Source: a virus (taxonomy: Duplodnaviria; Caudoviricetes). From it: 64,000 nt of DNA. The stretch lies in IMG/VR virus record IMGVR_UViG_3300011335_000826, positions 1-64,000 of that record. One strand, given 5' to 3'. The notes under the pieces were generated by a model. The model saw nothing but the letters and a program-made list of their open reading frames with translations, did no database searches and had not been told where the DNA came from. Of this stretch, positions 1 through 8,818 are shown piece after piece. The position numbers and the translations under genes were made by a program. Position 1 is the first letter of the stretch, and each line of letters starts with the position of its first letter.

Positions 1-97
1 GGTGTGCCCATAATAAACTATGTAGAACAAGAACTTACCACACTATTGAGGCCAGATGTGAACATTTGGTTTGAGCCCGTGGACCATAAATAACTTC

Positions 98-358
98 ATG
101 GACACTACAGATATTGAAAAGAAAAGCCTTGAAGCTCATGTTGAGTTATGTGCCGAGCGTTACCGCATGCTAGAACTCAAGATTCAAAATGTTGAGTCAG
201 ATGTGGGTTCCGTAAAAACCATGATGTCAGAAGTGCATGGCATGATGCAAAAAATGGCAGCCAAACAAAATGATCGACTGATCAGTTGGGGAATTGGTAT
301 CATTGGATTCCTAATAGGGCTGGTGGGTTGGTTGTTGGCACATTATGTATTAAAATGA
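98..358 (+). CDS. Small coiled-coil protein with C-terminal TM helix
   Basis: ATG at 98, 5 nt after TAAATA (87-92); heptad-like middle, hydrophobic tail LISWGIGIIGFLIGLVGWLL. Confidence 0.7.
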   Translation: MDTTDIEKKSLEAHVELCAERYRMLELKIQNVESDVGSVKTMMSEVHGMMQKMAAKQNDRLISWGIGIIGFLIGLVGWLLAHYVLK

Positions 359-846
359 AAGCCAGTCGCAAACTTGCTGCATTGGCAGAACGAGAACTGC
401 CCCGTATCCTTGATCAAGTGATCATTGAGGACGGAGAAAAATACCGAGTGTTTGGCAGATACACCATACATCCTTCAGAAGGCTTGTTTCAAGTGCGTTT
501 AAGAGATGATGCTGTGGGTGTATTTTCGGGCACAAAATCTGCATTGGCCTGGTGCATAGCAGACAACCTACACAGATTTAATCTAGCTAGACAGATCAAA
601 GAACTAGATCAATCCATCACAAGATTACGAAATGACATATATGTGCGGCGTAGCCTAGCCGAACGCACATCAGGGCATACCTGGGAAAACTTGATCAATA
701 AGACAAGTGCTAGGCAAGAACAAAGCCAGGTACTGGAAAAAGAACTAGCGAAATGTATAAATTTGGCTAAATACTGGCAACTACGAGGAAACTCAGATGA
801 AACTAAACGAACTGGCCGTAACACGCCCCACACAACAACTCGCTAA
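355..846 (+). CDS. Hypothetical phage protein
   Basis: ATGA overlap with upstream stop; start trimmed to MKASRK. Confidence 0.7.
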   Translation: MKASRKLAALAERELPRILDQVIIEDGEKYRVFGRYTIHPSEGLFQVRLRDDAVGVFSGTKSALAWCIADNLHRFNLARQIKELDQSITRLRNDIYVRRSLAERTSGHTWENLINKTSARQEQSQVLEKELAKCINLAKYWQLRGNSDETKRTGRNTPHTTTR

Positions 847-1696
847 AGTATTCGAGGGTCATTTTGATCAACGAGTTCAAATCGATTCGCTGAATCGCAA
901 GCAACTGCACAGCATGTATCGCCAAGTGCGCGGTGCGTTGAACGAAGTACGATCAAGCCCTGCTCGTCATCACAGCGAAAAGAATCCAGCGTATCTCAAG
1001 ATGATGATGATGGAACAGGCACTGGCTGACCGGATCTATGAAGATGAGATGGCAGGAAATCCTCAGACTGGCGAACCAACTGCTGGTGTAAATCCCCAAC
1101 AGGCCGCTGCCATGGCTGCTAAACAAAAAGTGGATACTGTTAAGAAACTTGAAACTGATCTTGAAGCAAAGAAAAAAGAAGTCACAGACCTCCAAAATCA
1201 ACTTAACGCTGCCAAGACCAGTGTCACAGTGCAAGAATGGCGTCGTCGTGCTCAAGGCCATGGTTACTATCTCAGCGAAGGCGAAGTGCAACAAGCCCAA
1301 GTAGTGTTGGCTGCACAAGACATGGTTGACAAGATGCAAGACATGATCGAAGACAGCACCGAGATGCAATTCAAAGAACTACCAGCTTTGGTTGATTCAA
1401 TCAAGAACCAAATCGGTCAAGAGCAAGCAGCACAATTCAACAATGATGCACAGGCAGCACTCAGCGGTTTGGTACAAAACTTGCAAGGCAGCAAACAACA
1501 ACTGGAACAAGCACTAGGTGTTGTGACCGGACAAGGTCCTGTAGCCATGCCAGGTGCAGGTATGCCTCCAGCAGGTGGCGATATGGGATTGGCGGGACCT
1601 CCTCCGGGCGAAGAACAAATAGATATATCAGCCACCGAACCTATTGAACCGGGTGCAGCCGCTCCAGCAGCAGCTCTAGGTCGCGAGCGCAGATAA
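797..1696 (+). CDS. Acidic coiled-coil protein, probable virion/head-associated
   Basis: 299 aa; N-term MKLNEL; Gln/Ala/Glu-rich coiled coil; in late gene block. Confidence 0.6.
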   Translation: MKLNELAVTRPTQQLAKVFEGHFDQRVQIDSLNRKQLHSMYRQVRGALNEVRSSPARHHSEKNPAYLKMMMMEQALADRIYEDEMAGNPQTGEPTAGVNPQQAAAMAAKQKVDTVKKLETDLEAKKKEVTDLQNQLNAAKTSVTVQEWRRRAQGHGYYLSEGEVQQAQVVLAAQDMVDKMQDMIEDSTEMQFKELPALVDSIKNQIGQEQAAQFNNDAQAALSGLVQNLQGSKQQLEQALGVVTGQGPVAMPGAGMPPAGGDMGLAGPPPGEEQIDISATEPIEPGAAAPAAALGRERR

Positions 1697-2043
1697 TGCG
1701 GATCAATGAAGTAGAAGCTGACGACACCGCAGACAGACTCATGGCCTTGGCCCAGTTTGCTGTGGGCCGAGCTCAAGATACTTCTGCTAAAATGCAAATG
1801 CCCGTGGCAGCATTCATCCAGCGAGCACAAAGTATGGGCATAGATATCAACCCAGACACCCTACAAAGTCTGGTCAGCCAACCTCCACTCAACGGTATAT
1901 TCAATCCTATGTCACCGGATGCAGTTGAACTCACATTCAAAGGTGGGGACAAACCTGGACCGGTCACAATGCCAGTGAACCAAGCACAAGACATCGTGGC
2001 CAACGCCGCAAAATCCGCAATGAACAAAGACCGCGGCGTCTAA
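1696..2043 (+). CDS. Hypothetical protein (late block)
   Basis: TAATG overlap; N-term MRINEVE similar in style to upstream gene. Confidence 0.65.
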   Translation: MRINEVEADDTADRLMALAQFAVGRAQDTSAKMQMPVAAFIQRAQSMGIDINPDTLQSLVSQPPLNGIFNPMSPDAVELTFKGGDKPGPVTMPVNQAQDIVANAAKSAMNKDRGV

Positions 2044-2053
2044 TCCAAACCGA

Positions 2054-2082
2054 TTGACACCGCGGAGTAAATACCTTACAAT
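2054..2082 (+). promoter_or_regulatory. sigma70 promoter with nested T4-late-type TAAATA
   Basis: TTGACA(2054)-17 nt-TACAAT(2077); TAAATA at 2068-2073 in the spacer. Confidence 0.7.
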
Positions 2083-2097
2083 GTAAGGAAACACACT

Positions 2098-2484
2098 ATG
2101 GCATATTCAAATCAAGTAATCGATCATTATGAGAACCCACGCAATGTAGGAAGCTTCGCCAAGGACGACACCGATGTCGGAACTGGCATGGTGGGAGCCC
2201 CCGCATGCGGTGATGTAATGAAACTCCAGATCAAGGTAAAAGATGGCATCATCACAGACGCAAGATTCAAAACCTACGGATGCGGCAGTGCTATTGCGTC
2301 CAGTAGTCTTGTTACCGAGTGGGTTAAAGGTAGGTCGTTGGACGAAGCCGCAGCTCTTAAAAATTCAGAGATTGCTCAAGAACTCGCGCTGCCACCTGTC
2401 AAAATCCATTGTAGCATCCTTGCTGAAGACGCCATCAAAGCCGCAGTAGAAGATTATCGCAAACGGCATGATCTCGTTCACTGA
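2098..2484 (+). CDS. iscU: Fe-S cluster scaffold IscU
   Basis: MAYSNQVIDHYENPRNVG, GAPACGDVM, GCGSAIASSS, LPPVKIHCS motifs. Confidence 0.97.
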   Translation: MAYSNQVIDHYENPRNVGSFAKDDTDVGTGMVGAPACGDVMKLQIKVKDGIITDARFKTYGCGSAIASSSLVTEWVKGRSLDEAAALKNSEIAQELALPPVKIHCSILAEDAIKAAVEDYRKRHDLVH

Positions 2485-2791
2485 CACGGCTCGAAACAAA
2501 ATCCAACGACTACTAGAGAAACGCGGCGGCGTGGGAATTCGGTTGGCAGTGAAAACTACAGGTTGCTCTGGACTGGCTTATGTGTTAGAATATGTTAACG
2601 AACACACTGCCGACGATACCACGATAAACTATGCCCAACCTGGTTTCTCTGTGATAGTGGACAAACGACACGAAGTATATCTTTCAGGTATGACCGTGGA
2701 CTATGTGCGCCAAGGGCTCAACGAGGGATTTGAATTCTCAAATCCCAACGAGCGCGATCGCTGCGGATGTGGAGAAAGTTTTAGAGTTTAA
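2468..2791 (+). CDS. iscA: Fe-S A-type carrier IscA/HesB
   Basis: VKTTGCSGLAY and C-terminal CGCGESF motifs. Confidence 0.95.
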   Translation: MISFTDTARNKIQRLLEKRGGVGIRLAVKTTGCSGLAYVLEYVNEHTADDTTINYAQPGFSVIVDKRHEVYLSGMTVDYVRQGLNEGFEFSNPNERDRCGCGESFRV

Positions 2792-2792
2792 C

Positions 2793-3509
2793 TTGTACAA
2801 TCCAAAATTTAACTATCAACCCATACCCAGAGTCACACTAGAGGGCAAAAGATTTTATGCCACACCTGATGGCAACAACTTACCATCAGTGACCACCATC
2901 CTTGACAAGACCAAGAGTGAAGCCAGCAAAGCAGCACTACACAATTGGCGCCGTGCTGTGGGTGTAGAAAAAGCACAACAGATAACCACAGAAGCTGCCA
3001 ATCGTGGCACCAGGATGCATACCTATCTTGAGGACTATGTAAAGAAAGGTGAGATCAAAGAACGCGGAACCAACCCATTCTCTTGGTCGAGTCACGAGAT
3101 GGCCAAGACTGTGATCCGTGATGGACTAAAAAATGTTTCAGAATTTTGGGGTATAGAAGTTCCGCTGTACTTTCCAAAAATCTACGCAGGTACAACTGAT
3201 GGTGCTGGTATACATCTAAATGAAGAATCCATCTTAGACTACAAACAAACCAACAAACCCAAGAAGCGCGAGTGGATTGATGATTACTTTGTGCAGTTAT
3301 GCGCCTATGCAGAAGCACACAATGAACTGCATGGCACGAAAATACGCAAAGGCGTAATCCTGATGTGTGTAAAACCTGATGTTGATGTGAATCACAATCT
3401 TATCTCAAAACCGCAGTATCAGGAATTTGTGTTAGAAGGCACAGAATACGATCGCTATCGTGATCTGTGGTGGCGTAAAGTAGAAGAATACTACACCAAA
3501 CACATCTAG
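2793..3509 (+). CDS. PD-(D/E)XK exonuclease (MGME1/phage exonuclease-like)
   Basis: Likely TTG start after iscA stop; PSVTTIL, RGTRMH, YAGTTD...DYKQT, QLCAYA motifs. Confidence 0.85.
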   Translation: MYNPKFNYQPIPRVTLEGKRFYATPDGNNLPSVTTILDKTKSEASKAALHNWRRAVGVEKAQQITTEAANRGTRMHTYLEDYVKKGEIKERGTNPFSWSSHEMAKTVIRDGLKNVSEFWGIEVPLYFPKIYAGTTDGAGIHLNEESILDYKQTNKPKKREWIDDYFVQLCAYAEAHNELHGTKIRKGVILMCVKPDVDVNHNLISKPQYQEFVLEGTEYDRYRDLWWRKVEEYYTKHI

Positions 3510-3529
3510 CAGCCCAGGCGGATTCTGGC

Positions 3530-3535
3530 TAAATA
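3530..3535 (+). promoter_or_regulatory. T4-late-type promoter (CTAAATA)
   Basis: TAAATA upstream of the tail fibre gene, in the loop of a hairpin (ATTCTG-GCT / AGC-A-CAGAAT). Confidence 0.65.
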
Positions 3536-3556
3536 CAGCACAGAATTAGGACTCCC

Positions 3557-5155
3557 ATGGCAATAGTTCAAGTATCACGAATCACAAACCGTAAAGGTCT
3601 AGCAGAAAACCTGCCGCAATTAGCTGGCGCTGAATTGGGCTGGGCCATTGACGACCGCCGATTGTACATTGGCAATGGCACATTACAAGACGGCGCTCCT
3701 GTAATAGGTAATACAGAAATTCTCACTGAGTTTTCTGACATTCTATTAGTAGGTGGTGCTTATACCTACAAGGGCGAAGCCGCTGGCTATACTGTACAAA
3801 CAGGCGCTACCTCAGGCAGCCCGGTCAGTTTGAATCTACAGCAATGGCTTGATCAATTTGCTAGTGTGTTGGACTTTGGTGCAGTGGGCGATGGCGTCAC
3901 AGACGACACAGAAGCCATCAATCGTGCTCTGTATCAATTGTATTGCAGAGAATCCAACCCACAGATCCGCCGTTCGTTGTTCTTTCCGGCAGGAGAATAT
4001 CTAGTTAATGAATCGATTGTGATTCCTCCATATGCTATGTTGTACGGTGAAGGTATCAATTCCAGCGTGATCGTAATGGACACATCTAGCCCGACCTCGG
4101 CTCTCAGTGAGTATGTGGCAAGATTTGGGGATAGTTTACAGCAAACAGGTGTGAATATTGGTAATAATGGTGCTACACCTCCTCGGGATATAATGATATC
4201 CAACATGGGATTTAAGAGTTTAGACCTAGTAGATGTGTTCTTGGTAGAAGATGCCGAACAATGTACTTTTGTAGATGTGAGTTTCCAAGGCTCATTGACT
4301 ACTACCGATCTGGTAGATACTGTGGACAACATAGCCGGTGTGCGTTTTGCATCCACTTTAAGTTTAGTATGCAATAGCATCACCTTCCGTAGATGTCTAT
4401 TCAGTGGCACTACCTGGGGATTGAATACTCCTAATCAAGTGGCCGGTGTGTTGATTACCGAAAGCACATTTAATACCTTGTATCAAGGTATCTTGTTAGG
4501 CGACCCTACTCCAATAAATGGCGGTCCTACTGGATTTAGAATCCTAGGCAATGTGTTTGATAACATCTATGAACAGGGCATCAGTATCGCAGCCAATACT
4601 GGACTGAATGCCAGTGGATACAACATGTTCTATGATGTGGGTAATCACTTCAATGGAACCACTGCGCCATCTGCATCAGTAATTGATTTCATAGGACAGA
4701 ACAATGTCAGCATTGGTGACATGTTCCAGCGTACATCGGCTTATTCTACTACCTATCCTAGAATCAATATCAACAATGGTGTCAGCATTGCCATTGACAG
4801 TGCTAATCAGATTCAGCAAGGCGTGTATATTCGTGAAACCGGAGTTCGCGGTACATTGTTGGATAACACTGCTTCACAAACTATATTGACCTTTGATGCT
4901 ACTGCGATTCGGGCTGTTCAGATTGATTACACCATCACTAGGGATACCAGTACCAGGACCGGAGTTTATATTATTGTTGCCGGCACAGATTCCGCCGGCG
5001 CCAACTTGAATGGTCAAGACTCAGGAGTGGAAAATGTGTCTCCGGGTGTGACTTTCTCTGTAAGTGAAACCGCCAGCATCGTGAGTTGGTTGGCTACAAC
5101 TACCAGTACCGGCAATGATGCCATTATAAATTATTCAGTAACCAGACTTGCTTGA
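3557..5155 (+). CDS. Tail fibre/tailspike with N-terminal attachment domain and pectate-lyase-like beta-helix
   Basis: N-term GAELGWAIDDRRLYIGNG; SVLDFGAVGDGVTDDTEAINRAL beta-helix cap; Asn/Gly-rich repeats. Confidence 0.8.
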   Translation: MAIVQVSRITNRKGLAENLPQLAGAELGWAIDDRRLYIGNGTLQDGAPVIGNTEILTEFSDILLVGGAYTYKGEAAGYTVQTGATSGSPVSLNLQQWLDQFASVLDFGAVGDGVTDDTEAINRALYQLYCRESNPQIRRSLFFPAGEYLVNESIVIPPYAMLYGEGINSSVIVMDTSSPTSALSEYVARFGDSLQQTGVNIGNNGATPPRDIMISNMGFKSLDLVDVFLVEDAEQCTFVDVSFQGSLTTTDLVDTVDNIAGVRFASTLSLVCNSITFRRCLFSGTTWGLNTPNQVAGVLITESTFNTLYQGILLGDPTPINGGPTGFRILGNVFDNIYEQGISIAANTGLNASGYNMFYDVGNHFNGTTAPSASVIDFIGQNNVSIGDMFQRTSAYSTTYPRININNGVSIAIDSANQIQQGVYIRETGVRGTLLDNTASQTILTFDATAIRAVQIDYTITRDTSTRTGVYIIVAGTDSAGANLNGQDSGVENVSPGVTFSVSETASIVSWLATTTSTGNDAIINYSVTRLA

Positions 5156-5574
5156 TGTGGTGTTCAACTTTTGAACAACGCCTAGCGGCGTGGAACTCTT
5201 TACGCGATCGTGTTCGCGATCAATCCAAATCAGATGCCTTGGCTGAGATCAATGCCTGGTGGCAAAAAACTCCTTGGCGTGCATATCATCTACACTGGGA
5301 CGATCGGCAAGATTGGCCAGATCCTTGGCAACTTTTGAGCGATAATATCTATTGTGATCTTGCTCGCGGGCTAGGAATCCTGTATACTATCACTGTGCTG
5401 GATCGCGATGATATGCAAGACGCTGAATTGATAGAAACCGAACAAGGCAATTTAGTCCAAGTGGAAGGTGGAAAATATATATTGAATTGGGGTCGTGACC
5501 TTGGCTTAAATACCAACCTCCAACAAAGCAAACATCACATCGCGCAAAGCGAAGTAAAACTACAACTATATTGA
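5155..5574 (+). CDS. Conserved hypothetical protein (Trp-rich)
   Basis: TGATG overlap with tail fibre stop. Confidence 0.7.
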   Translation: MWCSTFEQRLAAWNSLRDRVRDQSKSDALAEINAWWQKTPWRAYHLHWDDRQDWPDPWQLLSDNIYCDLARGLGILYTITVLDRDDMQDAELIETEQGNLVQVEGGKYILNWGRDLGLNTNLQQSKHHIAQSEVKLQLY

Positions 5575-5580
5575 GCAGAA

Positions 5581-7896
5581 ATGACACAGATCACAGTTAT
5601 CAAACGCAATGGCCGCAGAGAGCCACTAGCACTAGAAAAATGGCAGACACAGATTGCCAAGGTATGTTCGGGTATAGCAGATGTCAGTCAAAGCATGGTA
5701 GAGATCAAAGCACAGATGCATTTCTACGATGGAATCACAACCAAAGAGATCGATGGCATCACATTACGAGCCATCGTGGATCTCATTGATGTGGAATCCA
5801 ATCCTGATGTAGGGCATACCAACTATCAATATGTGGCTGGCAAACAACGCTTATCAATGCTACGCAAAGATGTGTACGGCAGCTACGACCCACCGCACCT
5901 ATACGAAATCGTAAAGAAGAATGTCTCAACGGGTCTCTACACACCTGAATTGCTTGAGTGGTATTCAGAGGACGATTGGAATCGAATGCAGGACATGATC
6001 GATCATGACAAGGATGAGAATCTCAGTTATGCTGCTATTGAACAATTGATCGAAAAATATCTTGTGAAGAATCGTGCCACTAAGGAAACTTATGAAACAC
6101 CTCAAGTTCGTTACATGGTTGCAGCGGCCACAGTGTTCCATAAGGAAGAGCCCAACACAGCCAGGATGCGGTATATCAAGGAATACTACAATGCAGCCAG
6201 TGATGGTTTGTTTACACTCGCTACCCCTGTGCTGGCTGGATTGGGGACACCTACCAAGCAATTCAGTTCTTGCGTTCTTATCCGTAGTGATGATGACTTG
6301 GATAGCATTTTTGCCTCAGGAGAGATGATGGCCAAGTATGCCAGCAAACGAGCCGGCATTGGTCTTGAAATTGGAAGACTGCGCCCATTGGGCAGTCCCA
6401 TCCGTGGTGGAGAAATCATGCATACCGGCATGATACCTTTTTTGAAGAAGTGGTTCGGTGACTTACGCTCGTGCTCACAAGGAGGTATCCGCAATGCAAG
6501 TGCTACTGTTTTTTATCCTATTTGGCATCATCAGTTTGATGATCTTATTGTTCTCAAGAACAACCAAGGCACAGAGGAAACCCGTGTGCGACACATGGAC
6601 TACGGTGTGGTTCTATCCGCATTTTTCTGGCGGCGTTTTAAGAACAAGGAAAACATAACATTTTTTGACCCTAACGAGGTTCCTGATTTATATGAAGCAT
6701 TTTATAAAAATACTCAACGGTTTGAAGAACTTTATGTCAAGTATGAAAAGCAGAAAGGCCTGCGTAAGAAAACGATGGCTGCGGAGGAAGTTTTCAAGAG
6801 TGGTATTCTCAAAGAACGAACAGACACTGGACGTATATATCTAGTGTTCATTGACAATGTGATGGACCAAGGACCGTTTGATCCGGAATATCACACCATT
6901 TACCAGAGTAACCTTTGCTGTGAAATACTTTTACCTACTGTTCCCTTTAAGCGGCTGGATGATCCTACTGGTCGCATCGCACTTTGCACACTGGGAAGTC
7001 TCAACTGGGGAGCCTTCCGTAATCCAGAAGATATTCGTCGCGCTGCCCGCATTCTGCACCGCAGTCTCAATAACATTCTTGATTACCAAGACTTCTTATC
7101 CATCCAATCAAAACTGTCCAACGACGAGATCCGCCCACTCGGAATCGGCATCACTAACCTTGCCTACTGGCACGCCAAGAGAGGCCTGCGTTACGGGGAG
7201 AAGGATGCTCTAGCTGAAATCAAATCTTGGATGGAACACATGGCATTCTATCTCACAGAAGCTAGTGTGGAACTGGCACAAGAGCGCGGTGCTTGCGTAG
7301 GAAGCGAACATACACGCTACGGCAAAGGAGTATTTCCTTGGGAACTCAGAGCTCGTGGTGTGAATGAACTCACTGACTTCTCTCCTGAACTGGATTGGGA
7401 AACGCTACGCACTAACATGAAAACTCATGGTGTGCGTAATGCCACGCAGATGGCAGTGGCACCTGTGGAATCTAGCTCAGTGGTTATAAACTCAACCAAT
7501 GGTATTGAAATGCCCATGAGCCTGATCAGTGTTAAAGAAAGCAAGGCCGGTAGTTTTGTACAAGTAGTTCCTGAGTATCACAAGTTGAAAAACAAATATC
7601 AGATGATGTGGGAACAAAAGGATTGCGAAGGCTATCTCAAAACAGCAGCAGTGATTGCAGCGTATGTGGATCAAAGTATCTCAACCAACACATTCTATAA
7701 TCCTGCACACTTTGCTGATCGCAAAGTACCTACCACATTGATTGCCCGGAACCTCATGCAATCACATGTGTGGGGATTGAAAACTTTTTATTATAGTCTA
7801 ATCAACAAGCAAGGTAGCAAAGAGGTAGCAGAGGATGCACCACTTATGCCCATTGACTTTGATGAGGGTGAAGACTGCGAAGCATGTAAACTTTAA
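5581..7896 (+). CDS. nrdA: Ribonucleotide reductase class Ia alpha subunit with ATP cone
   Basis: VIKRNG ATP cone, PTKQFSSC, QSNLCCEI, GLKTFYY, C-terminal CEAC. Confidence 0.98.
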   Translation: MTQITVIKRNGRREPLALEKWQTQIAKVCSGIADVSQSMVEIKAQMHFYDGITTKEIDGITLRAIVDLIDVESNPDVGHTNYQYVAGKQRLSMLRKDVYGSYDPPHLYEIVKKNVSTGLYTPELLEWYSEDDWNRMQDMIDHDKDENLSYAAIEQLIEKYLVKNRATKETYETPQVRYMVAAATVFHKEEPNTARMRYIKEYYNAASDGLFTLATPVLAGLGTPTKQFSSCVLIRSDDDLDSIFASGEMMAKYASKRAGIGLEIGRLRPLGSPIRGGEIMHTGMIPFLKKWFGDLRSCSQGGIRNASATVFYPIWHHQFDDLIVLKNNQGTEETRVRHMDYGVVLSAFFWRRFKNKENITFFDPNEVPDLYEAFYKNTQRFEELYVKYEKQKGLRKKTMAAEEVFKSGILKERTDTGRIYLVFIDNVMDQGPFDPEYHTIYQSNLCCEILLPTVPFKRLDDPTGRIALCTLGSLNWGAFRNPEDIRRAARILHRSLNNILDYQDFLSIQSKLSNDEIRPLGIGITNLAYWHAKRGLRYGEKDALAEIKSWMEHMAFYLTEASVELAQERGACVGSEHTRYGKGVFPWELRARGVNELTDFSPELDWETLRTNMKTHGVRNATQMAVAPVESSSVVINSTNGIEMPMSLISVKESKAGSFVQVVPEYHKLKNKYQMMWEQKDCEGYLKTAAVIAAYVDQSISTNTFYNPAHFADRKVPTTLIARNLMQSHVWGLKTFYYSLINKQGSKEVAEDAPLMPIDFDEGEDCEACKL

Positions 7897-7906
7897 AGGA
7901 AAAAAC

Positions 7907-8818
7907 ATGAAAAAATTATTAGTTATATTAAGCGTACTAGTATTAGCGGCTTGCAATAAAGCACCTGCTCCTACTGCAACATCAAACACATTTACTCCCT
8001 CTTTTGTAGTAGACTATAACAAGTGCGGAACTGATCCGGTTGTGTCGGGCAACTCGGTGACATTCGGTGCAGGATCAACTTGCGAAGCAGGTAGACTTGT
8101 ATCCAGTCAAGGCTATGTAAACATCACACAGATCAAAGCAACAGTTGATTTGTCTAAACTATCACAGAACTATGTTAACGCTAGTTTCTATATGGTATCA
8201 AACCCAGTTCAGCCTGGTGTTCAACCAAAAGGAACTAACTACTGTGATGCAGGTGGTAATGGTAATCAATGGAATTGCCAAGAGATTGATTTCTTAGAAA
8301 CAAATGGTAACAAGATTACACAAACTACCATGCATTTAGGTACAGGTGGTTCTAGTGCTCCTCAACGATTTGAGTATTCATTCGCAGACACAGCAAATAA
8401 CAGTTGCTTCAATTACTCAACAATGACCGGTTCACCTACTGCTACTAACGGATTGCACAGCATGGTTGGTGTTATTGATATGAGCAAACCATTTGATATG
8501 GTAACTGATTTTATATATGGAACAACTCCTACAATGACAGTGACATATTCACAAAACGGTAAGAGTGTAGTAGTGTATGATAGTTCTGTTGGTTCAGGCG
8601 CAGAAGGTAGTGGAACAGTTGATATGTCATCATTGGTGGCTAGTATGAAGAATGGGTATTGGTTGAATCTATCTTTCTGGCAAGGATATAGCCCAACAGG
8701 CCCCAGTTCTGCACCATGGTGGAACAACTCTTGCCCCTGGGGTGCATTGTGCAATACTACAGGAGGATACTGGAGTATTAGTAACATCCAAGTAACTGCC
8801 GATAGCGTCATACTATGA
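7907..8818 (+). CDS. Lipoprotein with GH7-like (clan GH-B) glycoside hydrolase domain
   Basis: AAGGA SD; lipobox LAAC; TVDLSKL, NASFYMVS, GTNYCDA, CQEIDFLETN (ExDxxE), SKPFDMVTDF, LNLSFW, ISNIQV. Confidence 0.7.
   Translation: MKKLLVILSVLVLAACNKAPAPTATSNTFTPSFVVDYNKCGTDPVVSGNSVTFGAGSTCEAGRLVSSQGYVNITQIKATVDLSKLSQNYVNASFYMVSNPVQPGVQPKGTNYCDAGGNGNQWNCQEIDFLETNGNKITQTTMHLGTGGSSAPQRFEYSFADTANNSCFNYSTMTGSPTATNGLHSMVGVIDMSKPFDMVTDFIYGTTPTMTVTYSQNGKSVVVYDSSVGSGAEGSGTVDMSSLVASMKNGYWLNLSFWQGYSPTGPSSAPWWNNSCPWGALCNTTGGYWSISNIQVTADSVIL

Noticed and set aside
2793-3509. Cas4 or Fe-S nuclease next to iscU/iscA
   Set aside because: Lacks the four-Cys cluster of Cas4; fits a Cys-poor PD-(D/E)XK exonuclease.
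3557-5155. Diversity-generating retroelement target (Mtd-like N-terminus)
   Set aside because: No reverse transcriptase and no TR/VR repeat pair seen in the window.
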